Origin: Candidatus Marinacidobacterales bacterium
Lineage (GTDB): Bacteria > Acidobacteriota > Vicinamibacteria > Marinacidobacterales > SMYC01
Direction of reading: 5' to 3'
Assembly (NCBI GenBank): GCA_965237955.1
Contig: OZ250169.1
Span: 7,104,001 to 7,168,000, forward strand
DNA: 64,000 bases
Shown: piece after piece, positions 9,574 through 19,601 of the stretch
Numbering within the stretch: the first letter of the stretch is position 1
Layout of the letters: each line of letters opens with the position of its first letter
Program-made: the position numbers and the translations under genes
Notes under the pieces: model-generated
The model's input: only the letters and a program-made list of their open reading frames with translations
Database searches by the model: none
Told to the model about the DNA's origin: nothing

Positions 9574-12114
9574 GTGATCGGCCAAACCCTCGCCCACTAC
9601 AAGATCCTGGAGAAGATTGGCTCAGGAGGCATGGGCGAGGTCTATCTGGCCGAGGACACCAAGCTCGACCGGAAGGTCGCACTGAAAGTTCTTCCGCCCG
9701 AGATGGCCGAGAGCGAAGAGCGCCGGGCCCGGTTCAAGCGTGAAGCCAAAGCCATCGCTGCACTCAATCATCCCAACATCGTCACCGTCCACTCGGTCGA
9801 AGAAGCTGACGGTGTCCACTTCATCACGATGGAGCTGGTCCAGGGGAAGACGCTTACGGAGCTGATCCCGAAGAAGGGCCTGCCGCTGAACCAGTACTTC
9901 GAATTAGCGATTCCCCTGGCCGATGCGGTGAGTGTTGCCCACCAGAAGGGCATCATCCACCTGGATCTGAAACCCGACAACTTGATGCAGGACGAGGAGC
10001 GGCGGCTCAAGATTCTCGATTTCGGCCTCGCGAAATGGAGGCAAGAGATCCGGGAGGCAGGTCTGAGCGAGCTACCCACGCAGGCGGCTACCGGAGAAGG
10101 ACGCATTGTGGGGACGGTGGCCTACATATCTCCCGAGCAGGCGGAAGGCAAGACGGTTGATCATCGCTCCGATATCTTCTCGATTGGAATCATCCTTTAT
10201 GAGATGGCGACGGGACAACGCCCTTTCACAGGAGAAACGACCGCTTCGGTTCTTTCGTCCATCATCAAAGAGACGCCTCTTTCGGTCACCGAAGTCAATC
10301 CCGCTCTACCAAAGTCCCTGTGGAGAATCACCAGACGGTGTTTGGCCAAAGATACGGAACGTCGGTATCAGTCTGCCAAAGAGATCCGAAATGAACTGGA
10401 GGAATTGAAGGGGGAGCTGGCCTCGGGAGAGCTCGTGGAGGGAGCGGTCGTTACGAAGCGCTCTCCGGTCGTGAAATGACCTACTTCCTTCGAGAGCTAC
10501 CGAGCGACCGTCTTCGCTTCACCAACCCGATTCAGATCACCTCGGCAGCGGGCGTGGAAGACTTTCCCACGTGGTCTCCCGATGGCGAGCGCCTGGCATT
10601 TCAGTCGGAGGAGAGCGGCAATCCTGACATCTGGGTGACCCAGCTCGGAGGCGGGGGAGCGGTGAACCGAACGGTGGCTCGCGTCGAGGAAGACCAAAGT
10701 CCGAGGTGGTCTCCCGACGGGAGCCAGATTGCGTTCCTCTCGGGGACGGACGTCTTCGTCATGCCAGCGGTGGGTGGCCGGCCTCGCAAGGTGTACGCTC
10801 CGGAAAGTGCGCGTTTCATAGGTTCAATTGACTGGTCGGCGGACGGCGCCGAGCTCGCGGTCGCTTTCAGTGCACCGGAAGGGCACTTCATCGACATCTT
10901 CTCCCTCCCGTCCCAGGAGACGCGGCGAATAGCCTCTCCGAGAAGATGCTGGGACCAGAGCTGGTCTCCTGATGGGCGCTACTTCGCTTGCGTCGCCGCG
11001 GGGAATGATCGTGCGCAAAGGACAAGCCTCTACCTTTTGCCTTCCACCGGAGGTGAGCCCATCGCCGTCACCGACAGGAGCTCGGGCGAGTGGAGCCCGA
11101 GCTGGTCCTCGGATGGACGCCGGCTCTTTTTCGTCTCGAACCGCGGCGGGAGTATGGATCTCTGGCAGCAACGCATCGGGGAGGAAGGGCCGGTGGGTGC
11201 TCCGGAGCCCTTGACGGTTGGTGTCGGCATGCGAAGGGCGGCCTTTTCTCCCGACGGGACGAAGCTCGCTTACTCCAGGGGCCGGATGGTGTCGAACGTG
11301 TGGCGCGCGCCCATTCTCCGCGAACGTCCAGCGACCCGGGCCGATGCCGAGCAGATCACCATAGGCCAGGCATACACCGGCCTCGGCGACATCTCTCCTG
11401 ATGGCCGGAGACTCCTGGTGGGCCGGAATAGGGGTATCTGGGTGCTCCCCGCCGAGGGGGGGCGAGATGGCCCTATTAACGACGGATGCCCGGGAGGGAA
11501 GATGGTCGCCGGACGGACGGGAGATTGTGTTCGGGTCACGCCGCGGGGGAAACCCGGATCTCTGGGTGATGCCCGCGGAGGGGGGTCCTGCCCGGCAGCT
11601 TACTTCAGACCCAGAAGGGGATCACGATCCGACGTGGTCTCCTGACGGAACGGAGATCGCCTTTCGCTCGCTCCGGAGCGGCAACTCCGACATTTGGGTG
11701 GTCTCGGCGGATGGGGGTGAACCGCGCCAGGTGACGGATCATCCCGGAAGCGATCAAAGCCCCGCCTGGTCGCCCGACGGCAAGTGGTTGGTGTTCCAGT
11801 CCCTCGGTCGCGGGGCCGGTCTCTGGCGCATTCCCGCTAGTGGAGGGGAAGCCGAGCCTGTCGCCGAGGGCAGGGCATACCGACCTAGCTGGTCGCCCGA
11901 CGGCAAGGAGATCTACTTCGTGCGACCGACCGACATCAGCACCAACATCTGGGCGGTGTCGTTAGAGGATGGGCGCGAGTACCCGGTGACCGATTTCTCG
12001 GGACGGCACGGGAGCCTCTACGAGTTCCCCCTCGCCACGGACGGAGACTACCTGTACTTTACCTGGGGAGAAGACCTCGGCGACATCTGGGTCATGGACG
12101 TCGTGGCAGAATGA
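9574..12114 (+). pseudogene. Ser/Thr protein kinase with TolB-like (PD40) beta-propeller, broken into three ORFs
   Basis: GSGGMGEV, VALK, HLDLKPDN (HRD changed to HLD), DFG. The transmembrane linker appears lost at ~10476. WSPDG repeats follow, with a frameshift in a G-run at ~11460. Confidence 0.85.
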
Positions 12115-13444
12115 TCTTTACTGTCGTACCCGCTCCCTCCACGCTTTCGAGCTGAATCTCGCCTCCCAAGCTGTGGATGATGCTCCGGCAGTTGAACAGC
12201 CCCCAGTTGCCTGTAGAGACCCTGCCCTCAGCCACCGTAAACGAAGGCTCGAATATCTGGTCCAGTCGCTCCGCCGGAATCCCGTGTCCGTCGTCCTCGA
12301 CCTCGACGACGACACCGTTTTTGTTGGCGCAGGAGCGAACGTGAATCGTGCCGTTGTCGCCGATCGCGTGCCTCGCGTTCAGCAGAAGATTCGTGAACAC
12401 GGCACTCAACTGTTGTGGACGGCACCGGAAAGTTGGAAGCGGCTCGAGCTCCAGGGTGATGTCCGCGGTCTTCTCGAGCTCGGCTCTTAGAGTCTCAACG
12501 GTATCCTCGAGTAGAACACGCACGTCGACCGCCGCTTCCTCCGCCCGATCAAGATGAGTGAACCGCTGCATCCGTCCGACAACCTCGCTCAGGCGTTCGC
12601 AGGAGCGTCTGGCCGTCGTCTCGATGTCGCCCAGCACTTTCATCAGCCGGTCTGAGGGTTGCTCTCCAGCTTGCGACTTCTCGAGGGCGACAGCCAGGGT
12701 GCTCAAGTTACTTTTGATAACCCCGATGGGCGAATTGAGCTCGTGACTCAAAGCTGCCGCGAGCCGTCCTTGCGCCGCCGCACTCTTGGCGAGAGTCACC
12801 TGCGCCTGAGCTCGTAGCACTTGCTGGCGGGCCTGAAAGGCGGAGGCTCGCTGGTGGTAGACCACAGCCGTCAATCCCACAAAGATGAGCGTCACCACAA
12901 CGAGGGAGGCCAAATTCAACGGCGAAACGTCCGGAACGAATAACTTCTCTGGATAAATCGCCATCGCGCCAACGTAGGTTACGAACATCGATGACCCGAG
13001 AGCTAGAGTGTGAAGCGGCCGTAAAGGCATCGCGCCGATACTCACCAGCATCACCAGATTGATGTTCGGCGGAACGGCGTGCTCGACTCCAGGATAAGAG
13101 GCTGTCACCGCCGTTACGATGAAGATCAACGCCACGCCATAGCCGATGACACATCCGGCTAGCCGCGCGTGTTTACGTAGCCTGGGCAGGACCCAGAACG
13201 GGACCCCCACCAGGCCCGTCCCCATCAGAGCGAGATCGGGCCAAACCCAGATGTGAGACAAATATCCCAGCTTGCTCAATATCGTAGTGACCGTCAGCAT
13301 GAACCCAACCCCTACCACGGTGATGAAGACGATTGCTCTCAGGCCGACGACGGCGACCCTCGTCAACTCTTCGCGCAAGGCGGGATCCCGCTGCTCTTCT
13401 TCAGGCAGCAGATATCGTTTCCAATCGCTCCACCGGATACCCAT
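12092..13444 (-). CDS. Membrane sensor histidine kinase
   Basis: Several TM helices, LSHELNSPI H-box, NLLLNA N-box, DDGHGI G1, IFEPSFT, GWGL-like G2 (GNWGLF). Confidence 0.9.
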   Translation of the reverse strand: MGIRWSDWKRYLLPEEEQRDPALREELTRVAVVGLRAIVFITVVGVGFMLTVTTILSKLGYLSHIWVWPDLALMGTGLVGVPFWVLPRLRKHARLAGCVIGYGVALIFIVTAVTASYPGVEHAVPPNINLVMLVSIGAMPLRPLHTLALGSSMFVTYVGAMAIYPEKLFVPDVSPLNLASLVVVTLIFVGLTAVVYHQRASAFQARQQVLRAQAQVTLAKSAAAQGRLAAALSHELNSPIGVIKSNLSTLAVALEKSQAGEQPSDRLMKVLGDIETTARRSCERLSEVVGRMQRFTHLDRAEEAAVDVRVLLEDTVETLRAELEKTADITLELEPLPTFRCRPQQLSAVFTNLLLNARHAIGDNGTIHVRSCANKNGVVVEVEDDGHGIPAERLDQIFEPSFTVAEGRVSTGNWGLFNCRSIIHSLGGEIQLESVEGAGTTVKIILPRRP

Positions 13445-13899
13445 CGTATGCCTCCCCGGGAGTTGACCCCACGGCCAGGACATTCTAGTCCATGTATCAG
13501 AAATTGTTTTGCAATACGCATCGCCACATGGTCGAGCACAGCGCGGCGGAGCCGCAACGAAACTCATGACTTTGGAGTGGGAGCAGTCCGTCTGGCCATC
13601 GCCCGGTCAGTGAACCAGGAAGCTCGGCCGAGTCAAGGTTAGCCTCGTTTCGCTCGGCGGCTTCGCCGACCCTCGACATATTGACTCGACCTGCGCAACG
13701 GGTAGCGGTTCTGTCTCACTCAACTCCGGACGTGAGAAAAAATCGCGTTTCCCAAGGGAGATGGGGATGGTTGGTCCACACTTCTGTCAACTAGGGGGTC
13801 GGGTCCGCGCGGTACGGATTCACCCGATATCGTATCGGCGTTTCGTTGGTGCTCTATGACTAGCGCTTTAACAAGTCGGGCTGCGTGTGCTCAACGCGC

Positions 13900-15466
13900 T
13901 CACGTCGGCACGAGTGTCGATACCATCTTCGGCCTCCAGCGGAGGCGAATCCACTGCAAGATATCGTAGGTGAGGGCGACCCACAGAGATTCAGTGCGCA
14001 CTTTGGCGACTCCGCGCACGCTAAACTGCCGCAGGCCGAACTTGGTTTTGATCCAGAGATTCGGAAACTCGGCCACCTGCGAGCGTGTCTTATAGATGGC
14101 CTTGGCTTCGTCGGTCTGCATCTTCTTCCGGAACGCGGCTATGTCGGGCAAGAGTTCGCGCCGCTCGATCGAGCGGCCGTGCTGCGTACGAGGACAACAC
14201 TGCTCTTTGGCCGGACACGTCTGGCAGTCTTGCTTAGACGCCTTATATCGATAGCGCATCGTGCCATGGCTTTCCTGCTTGGCGTCGTAGCGTAAGTGCT
14301 TGCCCTGCGGGCACACATACGTGTTGGTCTGCGTATCGAAGACAAACTTCGACGCCTCGTATTCCGCTTTCACGCCGTGGTGCTTATACGACTTGCGCCG
14401 ATTGGCCTCTGCTGCCTTGTTCTCGTGGTCGGGGCCGACGAGATCGATGCCGCGCTTCGCCATCTCCGCGATGTTGTTGCTACTTAATGTAGCCTCCATC
14501 TACGACCATCTGCTCGGGCGCACGCTGCATGCTCTGCTCAATCCGTTCTATGGCCGGCGTCAGCTGCTGATAATCGCTACCGGCCTGCGTGGCATCGATG
14601 TCGACAATCAGGCCGTGTGCGGCATCCGTTGAGACTTGGACGTTGTAGTTAGGTGCGGAGCCGCCCTCGGCTTGCTTCATCACCCGCGCGTCGGGATCGG
14701 TCGTGCTCACGCAGTCTATGCGGCTTTTCGCGGCTTTCAGCTTGTCATACTCCTTCAACGCTGATTCTAGACGATCCTGTCTCTCTCGCCTGGCGCGTTG
14801 CTGCGCTGCCTGCATCTGCCGGCTCGATTCCTCCTCCGTCTGGGCGTTGAGAGTCTCTACCGCCTCACGCGCCTGCTCCAGGCACTCTTCGACCGTCGGC
14901 TTGCGGCGAAATCCACTCGACGAAGCGTTCGCGCGCACCTTCGTCCCATCCAGCATGACTCGCTCGAGCGTGATCAATCCGTCCGAACTCAGAACTCCCA
15001 GAGCTTGCACAAACAACTCGTCCAGGATCTCCCTATGAATCATCCGAAAGTCCGACAGCGTGTGCGCACTGATGCTCTGCATTCCGCTGAGCCATTGATA
15101 CGCCGGATGATGTTCGCACAGCCGCTCAACCGCGCGGGCCGAACTCACGGCTTGGCTGTAGCTGTAGACCCACAGGCTCACCAGTAGCTGAGGATCAAAC
15201 GCAGGCCGGCCTGCGCCACCCGCGACCGAGCGGACTTGATCCGTGTACCCGCTGAGATCCAGCCGACCCACGAACTCCCAGATCGCACGCGCTGGGTGAT
15301 CCTCTGGGATCAAACGCTCCACGTCGACCGTCCGCAGCAGCAGCTGCGCCCTATCGACCACCTTCAACCGAGCTTGTGTCACGCGCGCTCCCTCATCGCC
15401 GTCATCACCATCGCTGCGTTTTCGCGGACTCGGAAAGCCTGGAAGTGACGTTTGCTTATCACCCAC
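13900..15466 (-). CDS. IS1182-family DDE transposase, +1 frameshift near 14490
   Basis: LDGTKV, STTDPDARVMK, YNVQ, VVDGGY, then YVCPQGK, CQTCPAKEQC, YKTRSQVAEFPNLWIK, GLRQFSVRG in ORF 13900..14499. Confidence 0.9.
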
Positions 15467-15772
15467 GTTTACCCCGCTTCCTCCCACGCTTTGCCTTAGG
15501 CGTCCGACGCACAATCAGTGTGTTTCGATCCTCCACCACCCACTCCAGCTCCTCGCCCGGCTCCATCTCTAGCGCCTGGGCTAAAGGTGACGGGCAAATC
15601 ACATAGAACTGACGGGTGTCGTTGGTGTTCCGCTTCAGCGGAAATGAGACTTTCTGCAAGTGACGGGTTCTCTCCCCTGCCTGGGTGAACTGCCATGGTA
15701 TCGCCACCGGGAGGATAGGGCACTGCTGGGAAGCAACCCGAGCGCCCGGTGGCCGGAATACGGTTGGCATTA

Positions 15773-16819
15773 TTACGCACTGTGTTCATGCTCCCGGGCT
15801 CCGGTATGAGCCAAACCGGATCCGCTCAAAGCGGAAAATCCCGGGGGTTCGGGGGCAGAGCCCCCGTTCGCTATGTGACAACTGGATTCTCCGAGCCGTT
15901 TGAGGTTTTCTTCGCGGCGATGCTTGCGTGCGTTCTCGAGTTTGTCGAGACGTACCTGCTTGCGCTCTTCGTGACGGAGGAGAAACCGGTCTTCGGGCGT
16001 GAGGTATTCGATTCCTGCGTGGAGCCTCTTTGCGTTGTAAATCTCTATCCATTCTCCGATGATGTCTTTCGCGTGAAGCTGATTGCGAAGCTCCTTGTCG
16101 GAGAGGCCCTCCTCGCGCAACGTGCGATGAAATCGCTCGATTGCACCGTTGGACTGCGGATGATGAATGCGAATACGAATCTGCTTCAATGAGAAGTGCT
16201 TGATGAGTTTGCGGAAGTCCTTGCTGGTAAATTGGCTGCCGTTGTCGTTGACAATCTGGGGCCGTTCTCCAGGGTAGCGCTCCAGTGCTGCATGGACCAC
16301 ATCCGTCACTTCGGCGGCGGTCATGCGCGACAGCAGTTCCCAGTACACGATGTAGCGCGAGAAGCCGTCCAGCACTCCGATGAAGAAATACCACCGTCCC
16401 GCGATCCACAGGTACATCAAGTCCGTATGCCAGCGTTCGTGGGGGCGTTTCGGAAGTTCGGGCTTGCGGCCTACGGACGGTGTGGCATTCCACCTTGCGA
16501 GCAAATCGTTCCGGTCCAGAATGCGGTACACGCTGCTCGGGCTCAGGCAAACGACATCCTCGTCCACCATCATCCAGCACAGCCGCCGGTAGCCGTCCCG
16601 TGGGTGTGCTAAAGCATAGACCGTCACCGCCTCCTCCTCTTCGGCAAGCACCTGGTCCAAGTCTGGTGCCTTGGGCTTGATGTCCTCCAGCGCTCCCTCC
16701 TTGCGCCTCTTTTGCCAGCGGTAGTACAGCGAGCGAGAGAGCCCGAGCTTCGAGACAACCCATTCCAGCTTCACCCGGCTTCTCTCCATCGTCTGCTCGA
16801 TACAATCCAAAATCCTCAA
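15773..16819 (-). CDS. IS3 transposase OrfB (rve integrase core)
   Basis: WHTDLMY, LDGFSRYIV, NDNGSQF, PQSNGAIERFHRTLREE, YNAKRLHAGIEY. Confidence 0.93.
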   Translation of the reverse strand: MRILDCIEQTMERSRVKLEWVVSKLGLSRSLYYRWQKRRKEGALEDIKPKAPDLDQVLAEEEEAVTVYALAHPRDGYRRLCWMMVDEDVVCLSPSSVYRILDRNDLLARWNATPSVGRKPELPKRPHERWHTDLMYLWIAGRWYFFIGVLDGFSRYIVYWELLSRMTAAEVTDVVHAALERYPGERPQIVNDNGSQFTSKDFRKLIKHFSLKQIRIRIHHPQSNGAIERFHRTLREEGLSDKELRNQLHAKDIIGEWIEIYNAKRLHAGIEYLTPEDRFLLRHEERKQVRLDKLENARKHRREENLKRLGESSCHIANGGSAPEPPGFSALSGSGLAHTGAREHEHSA

Positions 16820-16851
16820 CTTCTCGTGCGGCTCGAAACGACACCGGTCGA

Positions 16852-17145
16852 CTAGCTTCCAAGCGTTTTTTTTAGGTCCAGATTCTCCATGGTGATCTCT
16901 ACCACCACCGATTTCATCCTCTCAAGCTCTTGACGCAGCTTCTCCTCGCGGCGAGACGCCTTCTCCTTCTTGCCATTCTGAAATGATTCCAGTGTCGCCT
17001 CCTCCGATTGTTTCAGCCACTGATAGTACTGCCCTGTATTCAATGCGTGGCGCCGACACACCTCGGACACCGTCGCACCACTCTCCTGGCACTCCTTGAG
17101 TATCTGCAGCTTCTCCTTCGCTGACCAACGTTTCCTGCCGTCCAT
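16852..17145 (-). CDS. IS3 transposase OrfA (HTH)
   Basis: RKRWSAKEKLQIL..VSEVCRRH..YYQW; A8 slippery run at its 3' end (16866-16873). Confidence 0.92.
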   Translation of the reverse strand: MDGRKRWSAKEKLQILKECQESGATVSEVCRRHALNTGQYYQWLKQSEEATLESFQNGKKEKASRREEKLRQELERMKSVVVEITMENLDLKKTLGS

Positions 17146-17336
17146 CTCTGCCTTCTCCCTTCGTTGAGTATAAGACAGAGGCGAAAACCGTCACTTACTA
17201 CGACCCCCAAAAGTCTCATTTTGGCTGAACCAATACAGTTGGCTCGCTTGATCACCTGCAGCTTTGTCACGTATCCCATGCTGGTCACTCTATAACATAG
17301 CTGTACAGCTAGTTAAGCTTAATTTTTTATCACGTC

Positions 17337-17355
17337 CTCTGCCCGGGCAGAGTTG
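17337..17355. repeat. HNH-associated palindrome, upstream copy (its left tip lies at 13721-13726, split off by IS1182)
   Basis: CTCTGCCCGGGCAGAGTTG is identical to 18637-18655. Confidence 0.9.
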
Positions 17356-17574
17356 AGCGTGAGCTCGCGAAGAAAAAGATCACTTTGTGCTTGACAGCTT
17401 TTTGAAGGCGTGTTGGAAAAAAGTGTGCGCGCGATCTCTAGTGCGTCTGTGCGCGGCGTAAAGCAACGATAGTCGCCTTGTTTTCGCTGTCGAGACTTCG
17501 CAAGACCGTTGACGTCTTTGCGTTTGACAGGCGCGAACTGAGTGTGACGAAAAACTCCATGCTATAAGAAACAC

Positions 17575-18660
17575 ATGAACAACATAGACGAATTGAGATC
17601 GCTTTCCGACGACGAGTTGCTTCATCGTGTGTCGGATTTGTTAGCGCAGTCGCGACGTGTCGAGTGGGTTCTTGTCGCACACATCGCGGAAGTCGATGCA
17701 CGTCGACTCTATGCTCGCGAAGCTTCGCCGTCGATGATTCACCACTGCATGGATGTGTTGCATTTGTCGGAAGGGGAAGCTTATCGGCGCATCGCCGCAG
17801 CTCGGCTGTCACGCAAGTATCCGGTGATCCTTACGATGCTCAAGGACGGACGCCTTCACTTGTGCGGTATCGGAGTGCTGTCCAAGCACCTGAGTGACGC
17901 CAACTACGAAGACGTCTTGGCCAAAGCCACGCACAAGAGCAAACGTGAGCTCGAAAAGCTCGTGGCCGAGTTGGCTCCGAAACCGGATGTTGCGCCGACG
18001 ATTCGTAAGCGGCCGCAACGCAAAGCGAAGGCGGCGCCTCCCGAATCGTCGAACGAGCTCTGCCCGGACAGAGGTGAGCAAAATGCTCCCCCAGTCGAGC
18101 CCGCCCCTCCACAAGCCCCTGAAAAACCGGCAACGGTCGAGCCTCTGGCGAAAGCGCGCTACAAAGTCGAGTTCACGGCGAGCGAGGAGCTCCGCGACAA
18201 GCTCAAACGGCTCGAGGCGCTCATGCCGGGAAGCGACCTCGCGTCCATCATAGACGCGGCCGTGTCCGAAAAACTCGAGCGCGTCGAGGCCAAACGCTTC
18301 GGTAAGACCAACAAGCCGAGAAAAAGCCTTGAAGCAGCTGATACCTCGTCGGGTGTGCGCGGCATCTCGGCCCCAGTCCGGCGTTTCGTCTGCGAACGTG
18401 ACGGGGACCAATGCACGTTCGAAAGCCCTGACGGCAAACGATGCCCCGAGCGTGACAGGCTGGAGTTCCATCACGACGAACCCTGCGGACTAGGCGGAGA
18501 CCGAAGCGCGAAGAACGTCCGGCTCCTCTGTAAATTACACAACGCCTATATGGCTGAGCTCGACTACGGCAAAGAAAAGATGGACCAGTACCGGCGCTCC
18601 GCCGACCGCGTCTCGGAACCTCAACCCACACTCGAACTCTGCCCGGGCAGAGTTGCGTAA
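17575..18660 (+). CDS. DUF222-like HNH endonuclease (copy 2, intact, 361 aa)
   Basis: LSDDELL..LVAHIAEVDARRLY..LSEGEAYRRIAAAR N-domain; C-terminal VCERDGDQCTF..C..LEFHH..GG..NVRLLCKLHN. TGCTATAAG extended -10 ends 6 nt before the ATG. Confidence 0.88.
   Translation: MNNIDELRSLSDDELLHRVSDLLAQSRRVEWVLVAHIAEVDARRLYAREASPSMIHHCMDVLHLSEGEAYRRIAAARLSRKYPVILTMLKDGRLHLCGIGVLSKHLSDANYEDVLAKATHKSKRELEKLVAELAPKPDVAPTIRKRPQRKAKAAPPESSNELCPDRGEQNAPPVEPAPPQAPEKPATVEPLAKARYKVEFTASEELRDKLKRLEALMPGSDLASIIDAAVSEKLERVEAKRFGKTNKPRKSLEAADTSSGVRGISAPVRRFVCERDGDQCTFESPDGKRCPERDRLEFHHDEPCGLGGDRSAKNVRLLCKLHNAYMAELDYGKEKMDQYRRSADRVSEPQPTLELCPGRVA
18635..18654. repeat. Perfect 20-bp palindrome at the 3' end of the HNH ORF
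   Basis: AACTCTGCCCGGGCAGAGTT is its own reverse complement and encodes ELCPGRV. Confidence 0.92.
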
Positions 18661-18740
18661 ACTCCACCGCCACCCAGGCACCGCGCGGTCTCCAACCCCA
18701 GAGCCCCGACCACAGGGATCGCCACGGCGTGGAGTTTACG
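18656..18740. repeat. 85-bp segment bounded by a perfect 12-bp inverted repeat
   Basis: CGTAAACTCCAC (18656-18667) / GTGGAGTTTACG (18729-18740). Confidence 0.7.
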
Positions 18741-18958
18741 ACTTGGTTGCTGCTAGCTGTGTTGCACACGGAGGAAAAACGAGAGCGCCGGGCGAGCATC
18801 GCATGCTTCACTGCTTCACTGCGGCACTCGGGAGTCAAACGAGCTCGGTGAGCTCTTCTCCCTCTGTTTTCAGCGAACCTTGACCGCGCACGCTCGTTTA
18901 GACTTTCGTCAGTAATCAAGGATCCAGGGGACTGGATTCCTTGTTAATAAGGTTGCGA

Positions 18959-19560
18959 ATGACCCTCAACTCCGGAACCCGCCTCGGCCCGTATGAAATC
19001 CTGTCGCCGATTGGCAAGCGTACAGGGCGAGGTCTACAAGGCCCGCGATCTCAAGCTGGGACGCCAGGAAGCCCGCGCCGCGTCAGCCTTGAATCATCCC
19101 AACATCGTCACGATCTACGAGATCGGCGAGCACGACGGCATGCCGTACATCGCGGTGGAGTACGTGGACGGCAAGACGTTGAGGGAGGTGCTCGCGGGTG
19201 GTCCGCTTCCTAACGACAAGCTCATCCGCTACGCGGCTCAGATGGCCGAGGGTCTTGCGAAAGCGCATCAGGCGGGGATAGTTCACCGTGACTTGAAGCC
19301 CGCGAACACCATTATTAGTGACGACGAGGTATATCAAGATCCTAGACTTTGGTCTCGCCAAGTTGATGCCGCAGAGCTCCGGCGTCGATCCCGAGATGGC
19401 GACGATGACGAAAGCGACGCGGGCGGGCACTCTTCTGGGCACGGTGCAGTACATGTCGCCGAGCAGGCCTCCGGCCGTCGCGTCGATTATCGTTCGGACC
19501 AGTTCTCGTTCGCGTCGATCCTCTACGAGATGATGACGGGAAGGCTCGCCTTTCAAAAGG
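18959..19560 (+). pseudogene. Degraded Ser/Thr protein kinase
   Basis: MTLNSGTRLGPYEILSPIG, EARAASALNHPNIVTIY, HRDLKPAN, KILDFGLAK, GTVQYMSP are spread over several frames with internal deletions. Confidence 0.9.
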
Positions 19561-19601
19561 GCGTTTCGAATGTCATGAACTCCAGCCCCCTTCCTCCCTG
19601 G

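Larger units (their letters stand above)
15626..17237 (-). mobile_element. IS3-family element inserted in the AbrB-like ORF of IS1182
   Basis: Ends TGTTCCGCTTCAGCGGAAATGAGACTT / AAGTCTCATTTTGGCTGAACCAATACA. 5-bp target duplication GTTGG (15621-15625, 17238-17242), confirmed against the empty site in copy 1. Confidence 0.95.
13728..17337 (-). mobile_element. IS1182-family element, full length (~1993 bp net), carrying a nested IS3
   Basis: IRs GGACGTGAGAAAAAA / TTTTTTATCACGTCC. Inserted in the palindrome CAACTC^TGCCCGGGCAGAGTTG. Confidence 0.92.

Noticed and set aside
15786-16862. 358-aa alternative-frame ORF in IS3
   Set aside because: Overlaps OrfB on the same strand with low-complexity Arg/Gly/Pro content and no domain.
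1707-17337. Composite transposon formed by the two IS1182 copies
   Set aside because: Each copy's own left and right flanks rebuild a separate target palindrome, so they are independent insertions.
17337-18655. Palindromic repeats read as a CRISPR array, or the HNH gene as IscB/Cas9-like
   Set aside because: Only 2-3 copies, hundreds of bp apart, with no spacer periodicity. The protein has no RuvC motifs or PLMP N-terminus, and there are no cas genes.
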